Shown here in pieces: positions 1 to 9,913 of a stretch of DNA of 64,000 nt. Where the stretch lies: NCBI GenBank assembly GCA_900543025.1, contig UQPP01000003.1, forward strand, positions 35,601 to 99,600, written 5' to 3'. The notes under the pieces were generated by a model that made no database searches, was not told the DNA's origin, and saw only the letters and a list, made by a program, of their open reading frames with translations. The position numbers were made by a program, and so were the translations under genes. Each line of letters opens with the position of its first letter. Position 1 is the stretch's first letter. The stretch is from an uncultured Collinsella sp. (GTDB lineage Bacteria > Actinomycetota > Coriobacteriia > Coriobacteriales > Coriobacteriaceae).

Positions 1-1179
1 GCCCTGCCGCAGTCCCCGCAGCTCCTGAAGCAGCTGCTTATGGTCGGTGGCGTCGAGCGCTACTATCAGGTTGCCAAGTGCTTCCGCGACGAGGACCTGC
101 GTGCCGACCGTCAGCCCGAGTTCACTCAGGTCGATATCGAGATGTCCTTCGTGGACCAGAACGACGTTATGAGCGCGCTCGAAGAGGTCCTGGCCGATGC
201 CTTCGGCCGCATGGGCGTCGATATGCCCACGCCGCTGCGTCGCATGGACTACTGGGAGGCCATGGACACCTATGGCTCCGACAAGCCCGATACCCGCTAT
301 GGCATGCATCTGGTCGACCTGACCGACATCTTTGCCAACTCCAAGTTCAAGGTCTTTGCGACTGCCGCAAACGAGGAGGGTTCTGTCGTCAAGGCCATTA
401 ACGCCAAGGGCGCCGGTGCCTGGGCACGTGCCAAGATCGATAAGCTCGCCGGCGTGGCCTCCACGTTTGGCGCCAAGGGCCTGGCCTGGATCGCCTTCCG
501 CGAGGACGGCTCCATCAACAGCCCCATCGTCAAGTTCTTCTCGGACGAGGAGATGGCGGCTCTGCGCGAGCGCATGGACGTCGAGCCCGGCGACCTTGTG
601 ATGTTCGCCGCCGGCCCGCGTCTGCTCTCCGACGAGATCCTGGGCGGCATGCGTTCGCACATGGCCAATGCGCTCGAGATCAAGCGCGAGGGCCACGACT
701 TCCTGTGGGTCGTCAACTTCCCGCTGTTCCACTGGGATGAGGACCGCAAGGCTTACGCTGCCGAGCACCAACCGTTCACTCTGCCGACCGAGACCGACAT
801 CGCCAAGATCGAGGCCGACCCGTTGGCGGCCGGTTCTTGCACCTACGACTTTGTCATGGACGGCTTTGAGGCCGGCGGCGGCGGTATGCGCATTCACAAC
901 GCCGAGATGCAGATGTCCATGCTCAAGCTCCTGGGCTTTACCGAGAAGCGCGCCGAGTCGCAGTTCGGCTTCCTCATGGAGGCGCTCAAGTTTGGTGCGC
1001 CCCCGATGGGCGGTTTCGCTCTGGGCCTGGACCGCGTGTGCATGCTGCTTACCGGCTCCGATTCCATCCGCGACGTCATGGCGTTCCCCAAGACGGCCAG
1101 CGGCTCCGACCTTATGTCGGGCGCTCCGAGTGCCGTTTCCGGCGCCCAGCTCAAGGACGTCAGCCTGCGCCTGATGTAG
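1..1179 (+). CDS. aspS: Aspartyl-tRNA synthetase, 5' end outside the window
   Basis: [45 protein letters not shown] and AFPKT motifs; frame open from base 1. Confidence 0.97.
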   Translation, partial: ALPQSPQLLKQLLMVGGVERYYQVAKCFRDEDLRADRQPEFTQVDIEMSFVDQNDVMSALEEVLADAFGRMGVDMPTPLRRMDYWEAMDTYGSDKPDTRYGMHLVDLTDIFANSKFKVFATAANEEGSVVKAINAKGAGAWARAKIDKLAGVASTFGAKGLAWIAFREDGSINSPIVKFFSDEEMAALRERMDVEPGDLVMFAAGPRLLSDEILGGMRSHMANALEIKREGHDFLWVVNFPLFHWDEDRKAYAAEHQPFTLPTETDIAKIEADPLAAGSCTYDFVMDGFEAGGGGMRIHNAEMQMSMLKLLGFTEKRAESQFGFLMEALKFGAPPMGGFALGLDRVCMLLTGSDSIRDVMAFPKTASGSDLMSGAPSAVSGAQLKDVSLRLM

Positions 1180-1202
1180 GCAAGCGGCTACATATTGCCC
1201 GT

Positions 1203-1237
1203 AACGAGGGAAGGACACGTGCCTTCCCTCGTTTTTT
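1203..1237 (+). terminator. Intrinsic terminator after aspS
   Basis: AACGAGGGAAGG/CCTTCCCTCGTT stem followed by T-run. Confidence 0.8.
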
Positions 1238-1322
1238 ATGCGCCGAGGTTGCGCCGGTAACGTACAATAACTACCACGTGGCTGGGTTTGCCGGCCGAAT
1301 GTGCGATGTCGCGGGAGGGGAC

Positions 1323-1571
1323 ATGGTCGAGTTTACAAAGACGATTAAAGATCCGTTGGGACTACATGCCCGCCCGGTTGCGCTGCTCTATGACATCATT
1401 GCCAAGCATCGTAGCGACGTGTCAGTCAGTATCGGCGATCGCCACACGGATGGCCGCGATGTCATGGGACTCATGGCCCTCTATGGTGAGTGCGGCGAGA
1501 GCGTCGTCTTTCGTGTTTCGGGCGTGGATGAGGCCTCGTGCGTCACGTCGATCAGAAACCTCTCGCTCTAA
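1323..1571 (+). CDS. HPr-family phosphocarrier protein
   Basis: GGAGGGG RBS; GLHARP with His at residue 15; 82 aa. Confidence 0.9.
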   Translation: MVEFTKTIKDPLGLHARPVALLYDIIAKHRSDVSVSIGDRHTDGRDVMGLMALYGECGESVVFRVSGVDEASCVTSIRNLSL

Positions 1572-1580
1572 GCATGACGG

Positions 1581-1616
1581 GGCGCGGCAAAGGACAGCTC
1601 TTTGCCGCGCCTTTTT
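1581..1616 (+). terminator. Intrinsic terminator
   Basis: GGCGCGGCAAAG/CTTTGCCGCGCC plus TTTTT. Confidence 0.8.
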
Positions 1617-1759
1617 GTTTCGTATAGGAAACTTTTTCGAAAACTGAATAGAGACTCTTTCCAAAAAGTTAGCCACGTGCTAGTTTACTATAGCGAACAT
1701 AGACGTGGTTAACTTTTAACGCGTCGATGTTGAGGACGAACTGACGTTAGGAGCAACTC

Positions 1760-2002
1760 ATGTCTTGCGGACCGCAGATGCCGGCCATGCCGCTTTCGAT
1801 GGTAAAAGCGGGCGAAACCGTGCGCGTGTCTCGTGTAAAGGGCAATGAGGATATGAAGCACCACCTCAAGGACCTCGGCTTTGTCGAGGGCAACGAAATC
1901 CACGTGGTGAGCTCGAGTGGCGCCAATATCATCGTCACGGTGCTGGGCGCACGCTTTGGTATCGATTCCAAGGTTGCCATGCACATCATGACCGTCGGTT
2001 AG
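1760..2002 (+). CDS. feoA: Ferrous iron transport protein A
   Basis: PLSMVKAGE...HLKDLGFVEG FeoA pattern; upstream of feoB. Confidence 0.9.
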   Translation: MSCGPQMPAMPLSMVKAGETVRVSRVKGNEDMKHHLKDLGFVEGNEIHVVSSSGANIIVTVLGARFGIDSKVAMHIMTVG

Positions 2003-2041
2003 TCTGCAGCATTTCATAAAAACCGAAAGGGGGATAAGAGG

Positions 2042-2263
2042 ATGAAGACGTTGGGTGACGTTAAGGTGGGCGAGAGCTCCACCATCGTCAAGCTTCACGG
2101 TGAGGGTGCGCTTCGCCGCCACCTTATGGACCTGGGGCTCATCAAGGGCACGTCGTTTAAGGTCGTGAAGGTTGCACCGCTCGGTGATCCGGTCGAGATC
2201 AACGTGCGCGGCTACGAGCTTTCCATCCGCAAGGAGGAGGCGGCCGTCGTCGAGGTCCAGTAA
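2042..2263 (+). CDS. feoA: Ferrous iron transport protein A (second copy)
   Basis: RRHLMDLGLIKG, APLGDPVEINVRGYELSIRKEEA. Confidence 0.95.
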   Translation: MKTLGDVKVGESSTIVKLHGEGALRRHLMDLGLIKGTSFKVVKVAPLGDPVEINVRGYELSIRKEEAAVVEVQ

Positions 2264-2386
2264 GGGCCGGCGGCGCATATTTCTGCAGATAAAGCTAGGT
2301 TTTTCTAACTTAATGCAGCAACTTTGAAGCACATTATCCAGCCTGCGCGGAGAAAGCAGCGCAGGCACACAAGGAAGAAGGATTGA

Positions 2387-4714
2387 ATGGCGGATTCTCA
2401 GATCCATGTCGCACTTGCGGGTAACCCCAACTGCGGCAAGACCACGCTTTTCAACCTGATCACCGGCGCCAACGGCTACGTTGGCAACTGGCCCGGCGTC
2501 ACGGTTGAGAAAAAGGAAGCCAAGCTCCTAAGCGACAAGAACGTTACCATCACGGACCTCCCCGGCATCTACTCGCTTTCCCCCTACAGCCCCGAGGAGC
2601 AATGCTCGCGCGATTACCTCATGAGCGGCGAGCCCGATGTAGTCGTCCAGGTGGTCGACGCCACCAACCTCGAGCGCAACCTGTACCTGGCGCTTCAGGT
2701 TATCGAGACCGGCCTGCCCGTGGTCGTTGCCCTCAACATGGCCGACTTGGTCGAGAAGAACGGTGACAAGATCGACACCGACAAGCTGTCCAAGAAGCTC
2801 GGCTGCCCGGTCATGATGATCTCGGCTCTTAAGAACAAGGGTATCAAGGAGCTGTTCGAGCAGGTTAAGAAGTCCGCCGCTTCCAAGGGCCAGGTGCCGG
2901 AGCACAAGTTCGACTCCTCCATTGAGGACGTTCTGACGCACATCGAGAACAACCTTCCGGCGAGCGTTCCCGCCAACAAGCGCCGCTACTACGCTGTCAA
3001 GCTGTTCGAGCGTGATGCAGACGCCTGCAAACTCATCAACCTCACTAAGGAGAAGGCCGCTCGCGTGGAGGAGCTGGTCGCCCAGTGCGAGCAGGACTGC
3101 GACGACGACGCTGAGTCCATCATCACCGGTGAGCGCTACGGCGTGATCGCGCACATCATCGACGAGTGCCTCACCAAGGCCCCTGCCAAGATGAGCACTT
3201 CCGAGAAGATCGACCGCGTGGTTACCAACCGTATCCTGGGCCTGCCGATCTTTGTGGTCATCATGTTCTGCGTGTACTACATCGCCGTTTCCACCCTGGG
3301 CGGCACGGTGACCGACTTCACCAACGACCAGCTCTTTGGTACCGACGGTTGGTATGTGCTCGGCCAGGGCCGCGACGCCTACGACGCAGCTGTTGAGGCT
3401 GCGGGCGACGACGCCGATTCGGTCGATCCGGCGCAGTATGGCCCCTATGTCCCCGGTATTACCACCATGGTGCACGATGCCCTCGTGGCGGGCGGCACCG
3501 AGGATGGCGGTCTGGTCGATTCGCTCGTCTGTGACGGTATCGTTGGCGGCCTGGGTGCCATCTTCGGCTTCGTGCCGCAGATGTTCCTGCTGTTCGTCAT
3601 GCTGTCCTTCCTGGAGGACTGCGGCTATATGGCCCGCGTCGCCTTTATCATGGACCGCGTGTTCCGCCGCTTTGGCCTGTCCGGTAAGTCCTTTATCCCC
3701 ATGCTCGTGTCCTCGGGCTGCGGCGTCCCCGGCGTCATGGCCACCAAGACCATCGAGAACGAGAAGGACCGCCGCATGACGGTCATGACCACCACGTTCA
3801 TCCCTTGCGGCGCCAAGCTGCCGATCATCGCCCTGCTCATGGGCTCCATCATCGGTGACTCTTCCACCACCGCCGCGTGGATCAGCCCGCTCTTCTACTT
3901 CCTGGGCGTCTTTGCCGTCATCGCTTCAGGCCTCATGCTCAAGAAGACCAAACTCTTCGCCGGTCGCCCGACGCCGTTTGTTATGGAGCTTCCCGCCTAC
4001 CACTTCCCGGCGATCCGCTCTTGGGCACTGCACGTGTGGGAGCGCTGCTGGGCCTTTATCAAGAAGGCCGGCACGGTCATCTTCGCCTCCACCGTCGTGG
4101 TTTGGTTCCTGTCCAACTTCGGCAGCTACAATGGTGCCTTCGGCTTCCTGCCTGCGATGGACGGCATCCCCGAGGAGTTCATGGACTACTCCGTGCTCGC
4201 CATGCTCGGCAACCTGGTCGCTTGGATCTTCGCCCCGCTCGGCTTTAGCACTTGGCAGGCCACCGCGCTGACCGTCTCGGGCCTCGTCGCCAAGGAGAAT
4301 GTCGTCGCTACCGCTGGCTCGCTGCTGTCCGTTGCCGATGCCGGCGAGACCGATCCGAGCCTGTGGACCGCATTTGCTGGTATGTTCCCGACCATGGGCG
4401 CTTGCGTGGCATTCGGTGCCTTCAACCTGCTGTGCGCCCCCTGCTTCGCCGCCATGGGTACCATCCGCAACCAGATGGACTCCGGCAAGTGGACCGCGAT
4501 TGCTATCGGCTACGAGTGCCTCTTCGCTTGGGTGATCGCCCTGTTCATCAATCAGTTCTACAACCTGCTTGTGTTGGGACAGTTTGGTATCTGGACGGTT
4601 GTGGCCATTGTGCTGCTGGTTGCGATGCTCTTCCAGATCTTCCGTCCCATGCCCAAGCACGCTTGGACCGACGAGGACGAGACCAACGCTGCCTCCGCCG
4701 CAGTTTCCGCTTAA
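2387..4714 (+). CDS. feoB: Ferrous iron transport protein B
   Basis: GNPNCGKT, VGNWPGVTVE, DLPGIYSL, NMAD GTPase motifs; LEDCGYMAR; gate domains. Confidence 0.97.
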   Translation: MADSQIHVALAGNPNCGKTTLFNLITGANGYVGNWPGVTVEKKEAKLLSDKNVTITDLPGIYSLSPYSPEEQCSRDYLMSGEPDVVVQVVDATNLERNLYLALQVIETGLPVVVALNMADLVEKNGDKIDTDKLSKKLGCPVMMISALKNKGIKELFEQVKKSAASKGQVPEHKFDSSIEDVLTHIENNLPASVPANKRRYYAVKLFERDADACKLINLTKEKAARVEELVAQCEQDCDDDAESIITGERYGVIAHIIDECLTKAPAKMSTSEKIDRVVTNRILGLPIFVVIMFCVYYIAVSTLGGTVTDFTNDQLFGTDGWYVLGQGRDAYDAAVEAAGDDADSVDPAQYGPYVPGITTMVHDALVAGGTEDGGLVDSLVCDGIVGGLGAIFGFVPQMFLLFVMLSFLEDCGYMARVAFIMDRVFRRFGLSGKSFIPMLVSSGCGVPGVMATKTIENEKDRRMTVMTTTFIPCGAKLPIIALLMGSIIGDSSTTAAWISPLFYFLGVFAVIASGLMLKKTKLFAGRPTPFVMELPAYHFPAIRSWALHVWERCWAFIKKAGTVIFASTVVVWFLSNFGSYNGAFGFLPAMDGIPEEFMDYSVLAMLGNLVAWIFAPLGFSTWQATALTVSGLVAKENVVATAGSLLSVADAGETDPSLWTAFAGMFPTMGACVAFGAFNLLCAPCFAAMGTIRNQMDSGKWTAIAIGYECLFAWVIALFINQFYNLLVLGQFGIWTVVAIVLLVAMLFQIFRPMPKHAWTDEDETNAASAAVSA

Positions 4715-4743
4715 GTCCGAATAAGGATTAACCCCTTTCCACG

Positions 4744-4776
4744 AGCCCGGGTGTCCCAGCGACACTCGGGCTTTTT
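4744..4776 (+). terminator. Intrinsic terminator after feoB
   Basis: AGCCCGGGTGTC/GACACTCGGGCT plus T-run. Confidence 0.75.
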
Positions 4777-4907
4777 GGTGCAAAGGTGTCAGGTTAATTT
4801 GCATCAAGTTGGTGCAAACAAGCCTGACCCCATTGCACCAATCTTAGGAGATGTGGCGTTTCCGCAGATAAAACCGACCAAAATAAACCTGTCCCTTTTT
4901 GGTAGGT
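4775..4907. repeat. Cluster of three REP-like hairpins with GGGACAGG/GGGGTCAGG-type 13-nt loops
   Basis: 4775-4807, 4809-4841 and 4873-4907 each have complementary arms around a related 13-nt loop. Confidence 0.7.
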
Positions 4908-4952
4908 GGAGAATGGGTAAAGTAAGTGGTGGTTAACTAGAGGAGGCTTGCT

Positions 4953-5153
4953 ATGGCACCTATCGATATTGTTGTACTGGCTGTTATCGGCATTGCGTTT
5001 GTTGCCGTATGCGTGCGCATCTACCGCAAAGGCACCTGCGCCGACTGCGCTCAGGGTGGCGTTTGCACGGGGCATTGCTCCAACAAAAAGACCTGTGCCG
5101 CACTTAAGGGCGTGGACAAAATCGCCGAAGACTTGGGCCGCGGCGTTCATTAA
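4953..5153 (+). CDS. FeoB-associated Cys-rich small membrane protein
   Basis: GAGGAGG RBS; N-terminal TM helix, then CADC...CTGHC...C. Confidence 0.8.
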   Translation: MAPIDIVVLAVIGIAFVAVCVRIYRKGTCADCAQGGVCTGHCSNKKTCAALKGVDKIAEDLGRGVH

Positions 5154-5255
5154 CCGACCGGCGTTTGGGTATGTTTGACTGCGGATGCGGCAGTTGCTGG
5201 TACGATAGGTACGTCAGCAACTGCCGCCGAGCGGCTCAAATGAAAGGAACCCTGT

Positions 5256-7205
5256 ATGGAGTCCTCCGCCTACCCGAAGCTCTTTAGTCCGATCAAGGTC
5301 GGTACGACCGAGGTCAAGAACCGCGTCTTTATGCCGCCGGTGTCCACCAACCTGGCCGATCATGGCTATGTGACCGACGACTTGGTCGATCATTACCGTG
5401 CCCGTGCCAAGGGCGGCGTTGGCCTGATCATCACCGAGGTCGTGACGGTCGAGCCCACCTATACCTATCTGCCGGGCGACATGTGCTGCTACGACGACAC
5501 GTTTATCCCTGGCTGGGAAAAGCTCGCCGCAGCCGTCCACGAGTACGGCTGCAAAATCATGCCGCAGCTCTTCCACCCCGCCTACATGGCCTTTAACATT
5601 CCGGGTACGCCGCGCCTGATCGCTCCGTCCTTTGTGGGCCCGTCCTATGCCCGAGAGGCACCGCGCCCCATCACGGTCGATGAGATTCACGAGCTCACGC
5701 ATCAGTTTGGCGACGCTGCCGTGCGTATGCAGAAGGCTGGCGTCGATGGCGTCGAGGTCCACGCAGCGCACGCCCACGGTATGCTCGGCGGCTTTTTGAC
5801 TCCGCTCTACAACAAGCGTACCGACGAGTACGGCGGCTCGCTCGACGCCCGTATGCGCTTCTTGCTCGAGGTCATCGCCGAGATTCGCGAGCGCTGCGGC
5901 AAGGACTTTATCATCGACGTCCGTATTTCGGGCGACGAGTACACCGATGGCGGCCTGACCCTCAACGACATGATCTACGTCTCGCGTCGCCTGGAGAAGG
6001 CCGGCGTCGACATGATTCATGTGTCGGGCGGCACTACCATCAAGCGCGGCTCCGCCATTCCCGCCGCCGGCACCCAGCAGGCCTCGCACGCCGCCTGTTC
6101 GCGCGAGATCAAGAAGCACGTCAACATTCCCGTCGCCACCGTCGGTCGCATTAACGAGGCCTGGATCGCCGAGGAGCTGATCGAGGACGGCGCTGCCGAC
6201 ATCTGCATGATGGGCCGCGCCAATCTGTGCGATGCCGAGTTCTGCAATAAGGCCGCTGCCGGCAACGCCGACGATATCCGCCCCTGCATTGGCTGCCTGC
6301 GCTGCCTGAACGGCATCATGTTCGGCAAGCGCATCTCCTGCACCGTCAACCCCGATGTTGAGCGCGACGAGGCCGGTTACGAGCCTGCCGCCGAGGCCAA
6401 GAACGTACTGGTTGTGGGCGCTGGTCCTGCGGGCATGGAGGCGGCGTTCATTGCCGCCAAGCGCGGCCATAACGTGGTGCTCGTGGATAAGCAGGACGAA
6501 CCGGGCGGCGAGATGCGCATCGCAGCCGTTCCGCCGGCAAAGCAGGAACTCACCCGCGTGATTAAGTACCAGTATCGCCGTCTTGCCGAGGCTGGCGTGA
6601 AGTGCGTCTTTGGCACCGAGCTTACTGCCGAGGACATTCAGCGTGACTACGCCGGCTACGAGGTCGTCCTAGCTTATGGCGCCGAGCCCATCGCCCCGGC
6701 CTTCATGCAGGGCTTTAAGCAGGTCATGACAGCTGACGACCTACTGGGTGGCAAGGCTTTCCCGGGCAAGAAGATCGTCATCGTGGGCGGCGGCACCGTT
6801 GGCTGCGAGACGGCCGATTACCTGGCCCCGCTGGTCAACGACCTGTCGCCGGCCAACCGCGATGTTACCGTCATCGAGATGACCAAGACGCTCGCCGCTA
6901 ACGAGGGCGGTGCCGGTCGCGCGGTGCTTATCACGCGCATGCTCTCCAAGGGCGTCCACGTGCTGACCGAGGCCAAGGTGACCGAGATTACCGAGGACAC
7001 TATCAGTTACGAGAAGGACGGCGAGGTCCACACCATCACCGGTGCCGATACGCTGGTGCTTGCCATGGGCTATCGTCCCAATACCAAGTTGGCCGACGAC
7101 CTTGCCGCTGCCGGTGTTGCCACCCACGTGCTGGGCGACGCCCAGAAGTGTGGCAACATCCGCGATGCCATCGGCGATGGCTACAAGGTTGCCTGCGAAC
7201 TCTAG
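5256..7205 (+). CDS. Fe-S flavoenzyme, NADH:flavin oxidoreductase (OYE TIM barrel plus FAD/NAD domains; BaiCD/BaiH/FadH-like architecture)
   Basis: KNRVFMPP, RAKGGVGLII, NKRTDEYGGS, CIGCLRC-x11-C cluster motif, two GxGxxG motifs. Confidence 0.92.
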   Translation: MESSAYPKLFSPIKVGTTEVKNRVFMPPVSTNLADHGYVTDDLVDHYRARAKGGVGLIITEVVTVEPTYTYLPGDMCCYDDTFIPGWEKLAAAVHEYGCKIMPQLFHPAYMAFNIPGTPRLIAPSFVGPSYAREAPRPITVDEIHELTHQFGDAAVRMQKAGVDGVEVHAAHAHGMLGGFLTPLYNKRTDEYGGSLDARMRFLLEVIAEIRERCGKDFIIDVRISGDEYTDGGLTLNDMIYVSRRLEKAGVDMIHVSGGTTIKRGSAIPAAGTQQASHAACSREIKKHVNIPVATVGRINEAWIAEELIEDGAADICMMGRANLCDAEFCNKAAAGNADDIRPCIGCLRCLNGIMFGKRISCTVNPDVERDEAGYEPAAEAKNVLVVGAGPAGMEAAFIAAKRGHNVVLVDKQDEPGGEMRIAAVPPAKQELTRVIKYQYRRLAEAGVKCVFGTELTAEDIQRDYAGYEVVLAYGAEPIAPAFMQGFKQVMTADDLLGGKAFPGKKIVIVGGGTVGCETADYLAPLVNDLSPANRDVTVIEMTKTLAANEGGAGRAVLITRMLSKGVHVLTEAKVTEITEDTISYEKDGEVHTITGADTLVLAMGYRPNTKLADDLAAAGVATHVLGDAQKCGNIRDAIGDGYKVACEL

Positions 7206-7411
7206 TCAACCCCTTGGTGCATGAGGAGGGGCGTTTCCGCGCCATCCGATAGCAAAACAGCGGTGGTGTCCCGGGTTTCGGGATGCCGCCGCTTGCTCTT
7301 GTGATCCTGGCGACGCCAGCGCGCCCTATCTCACCGCAACTGAGGGGATGGGGGATGAGATAGTATTACATGGTGAAATTCGACAAACCGTGGGCTTCAT
7401 CCGAGGGCTTT

Positions 7412-8104
7412 ATGGAACAGCACCAGCATTATCAGAGCCTGCAAGATCAGGCATACAACGCATTGCGCTCCAAGATCATCTATGCCGAGCTTAGGCCCGG
7501 CACGCGCCTTTCGGCGATTGGTCTGGAAAAGGAGATGGGAATCGGGCGCACGCCCATTCGCGAGTCCTTTGTGCGCCTGCGCGAGCAGGAGCTGGTGGAA
7601 ACGCGTCTCAAAAGCGGCACCTATGTCTCAAAAATCAGCATGGAGTGCGCCGAGAACGCTTGTTTCTTGCGCGAGAAACTCGAGAGAAGCGTGCTTATTA
7701 AATGCTGCTCTGCTGCCACGCCCGAGCAAAAGCAGCGGCTCGAGCAGATTCTTGCCGAGTCCGAGTCACTCGACCATAGCGAGACGCGTCGCTTTTTTGA
7801 TCTGGACAACCTGTTCCATGAGACGTGTTTTGCGATTGCCGGCCGTCACATGCTGTGGGATTGGATGAAGAGCGTCAATACGCATTTTGAGCGATACAAC
7901 TGGTTGCGTATGGTGTCGCAGGATCTGGATTGGGAGCCGATTCGTCGGCAGCATCGCCGAATTCTCGAGGCTATTAAGAGGGGCGATACCGATGCGGCGA
8001 GCTATCTGGCAGAGACACACTTGCACCTAATGCCCGAGGAGCAGGGCCCGGTTATTGCCTTACATCCTGACTATTTTGAGCTGTCTAAAGACTCGGCTAT
8101 CTAG
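7412..8104 (+). CDS. GntR-family (FCD) transcriptional regulator
   Basis: AYNALRSKII...GIGRTPIRES HTH; DNLFH and QH..ILEAI FCD motifs; alternative start at 7370. Confidence 0.9.
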   Translation: MEQHQHYQSLQDQAYNALRSKIIYAELRPGTRLSAIGLEKEMGIGRTPIRESFVRLREQELVETRLKSGTYVSKISMECAENACFLREKLERSVLIKCCSAATPEQKQRLEQILAESESLDHSETRRFFDLDNLFHETCFAIAGRHMLWDWMKSVNTHFERYNWLRMVSQDLDWEPIRRQHRRILEAIKRGDTDAASYLAETHLHLMPEEQGPVIALHPDYFELSKDSAI

Positions 8105-8227
8105 CCCATTATCGCATCTGCTCGAGACGCAAAAACGATGCTGCTCACCCACAGCGTTTTGCAACCGAGATTTTTAAAAAATGCCTAAAATGGCTCAGAC
8201 TGCTGACATTGGGAAACGGGGTGCGCT

Positions 8228-9250
8228 ATGGCGCAGATGAGAATCAAGGACATCGCCGCCGAGGCGGGCGTGAGTCCGGCCACGGTCTCGCGCTATCTCA
8301 ACAACCGCCCCGGGCAAATGACCGAGGAAACCCGCGCTCGCATTGCCGAGGTCATCGAGCGCACCGGCTATCGCCCGCGCGCCGCTGCGCGCAATCTGCG
8401 CAGCTCGCGCACCAATCTCATTGGCGTGATCCTGGCCGACATCGCTAACCCGTTCTCGAGCGCCATGCTCGAAGGACTTTCCGTCAGTGCCGCCGCGCGC
8501 GGCTGCTCGCTTATGACGGCCATTAGCGGCAACGACCCCGCCAAGGAAGCAGAGTCGCTCACCAGACTTATCGATGCCGGTGTGGACGGTCTGGTCGTCA
8601 ACACCTGCGGAGGTAATGACGATGCGATTGCCGCGGCAGCGGGACGCCTGCCTGTTGTGCTGCTCGACCGCGACGTTGCCGACGGCGGCATCGATCTGGT
8701 GACATCTAACAACCGTGAGCTGGTTGCCGGCCTGGTAGACGCCTTGGCCGCCGCTGGCTGCGAGCGCCTGTGCCTGCTCACCGAGGCAAGCGACGACAGT
8801 CCCGTCCGTCGTGAGCGCGCCGAGGCCTTTGCCGACGAGCTTTCGCGCCGCGGCCTTGCGGGCGAGGTCGTCACCTTGGCCGATGGCGGTGCCACGGGCG
8901 TTGGCCGCTTGGACGAGGCTATCTGCGACTATGCGGGCAAAAAACTCGGCCTCATTGCCGTCAACGGTCTGGTCTTCCTGCGTCTGACCGAGGCGCTAGC
9001 ACAGCTGGGACCCTCATTGCCGGCTGGCCTCAAGATCGCGACGTTTGACGACTATCCCTGGAACCATGTGCTCTTTGGCGGCGTGACCACGGCCGCGCAA
9101 GACACCCTCACCATTGCCGAGCGCATGGTCGAGCGCCTGTCCGAGCGCATCGACGTCGTCACCACCACGGTGGGCGAGGCCGCAAAGCTCGCGCCCAAAC
9201 GCATCGAGATCCCCGGTCACATCGAACACCGCGCCTCGACTTCGCGCTAG
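8228..9250 (+). CDS. LacI-family transcriptional regulator
   Basis: IKDIAAEAGVSPATVSRYLN HTH; GYRP..AARNL. Confidence 0.93.
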   Translation: MAQMRIKDIAAEAGVSPATVSRYLNNRPGQMTEETRARIAEVIERTGYRPRAAARNLRSSRTNLIGVILADIANPFSSAMLEGLSVSAAARGCSLMTAISGNDPAKEAESLTRLIDAGVDGLVVNTCGGNDDAIAAAAGRLPVVLLDRDVADGGIDLVTSNNRELVAGLVDALAAAGCERLCLLTEASDDSPVRRERAEAFADELSRRGLAGEVVTLADGGATGVGRLDEAICDYAGKKLGLIAVNGLVFLRLTEALAQLGPSLPAGLKIATFDDYPWNHVLFGGVTTAAQDTLTIAERMVERLSERIDVVTTTVGEAAKLAPKRIEIPGHIEHRASTSR

Positions 9251-9292
9251 TCTGTGTGATAATATATAGACAATGTCATACAGGAGGTATCC

Positions 9293-9787
9293 ATGGCTGC
9301 GTCTGTGCTGAGTGTGCGAGTGGACTCGTCAATTAAAGACTCATTTGCCGAGCTGTGCGAAGAACTTGGCATGACTTCGTCTGTTGCGGTCAATATGTTT
9401 ATGAGACAGATGCTGCGCGAGCGTTCGCTGCCGTTTGTTCCCTCGCTTGGTAAAAGCTCTGCGAGCGAAAGCGTCGCGGCGGGCATTTTGGATACTGCCC
9501 AGATTGAGTCCGCCGTCCGCGAAGCAGCCAGCTCGATTCCCGCCATCAAAAGCGTGATTCTTTTCGGTTCGTATGCCCGTGGCGAGGCGCATGCCGATAG
9601 TGATATTGACTTGCGTCTCGAAGTCGATCGCGAGCAGGGCTTCGGTCTTTTCGCGTTGTCGGCGTTCGGTGAGGCGGTGCGCAAAGAAACAGGGAGGCAG
9701 GTTGACCTCGTCTCGAGTGACTATCTTGATGACGATCTTGCCGCGGTAATCGAGCGTGAAGGAGTGATCCTTTATGATCGCGCGTAA
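9293..9787 (+). CDS. RelB/DinJ-type antitoxin domain fused to a minimal nucleotidyltransferase (MNT)
   Basis: N-terminal SVRVD..IK..F...CEELGMT.S.AVNMF...LPF; C-terminal LFGSYARGEA..DSDIDL. Confidence 0.85.
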   Translation: MAASVLSVRVDSSIKDSFAELCEELGMTSSVAVNMFMRQMLRERSLPFVPSLGKSSASESVAAGILDTAQIESAVREAASSIPAIKSVILFGSYARGEAHADSDIDLRLEVDREQGFGLFALSAFGEAVRKETGRQVDLVSSDYLDDDLAAVIEREGVILYDRA

Positions 9788-9832
9788 GTCAGACAGCCTG
9801 TTCGCGCACGTTTTTTGAGCGCTTGATACGCT

Positions 9833-9848
9833 TTAACCCTGCGGAAAC
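9833..9848 (+). promoter_or_regulatory. Candidate actinobacterial GlnR box
   Basis: TTAAC-cctgcg-GAAAC matches gTnAc-n6-GaAAc; 65 bp upstream of the glnA-like start. Confidence 0.55.
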
Positions 9849-9913
9849 ATTTTTCTGCGATAGTATCTGCGATATAGACCAGTCGAAACCCGCCCGAAAG
9901 AAAGGGGAGCGAC

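Noticed and set aside
5256..7205. Bilirubin reductase bilR or baiCD/baiH assignment
   Set aside because: It lacks the HGDR motif and there is no bai operon context, so only a family-level call is supported
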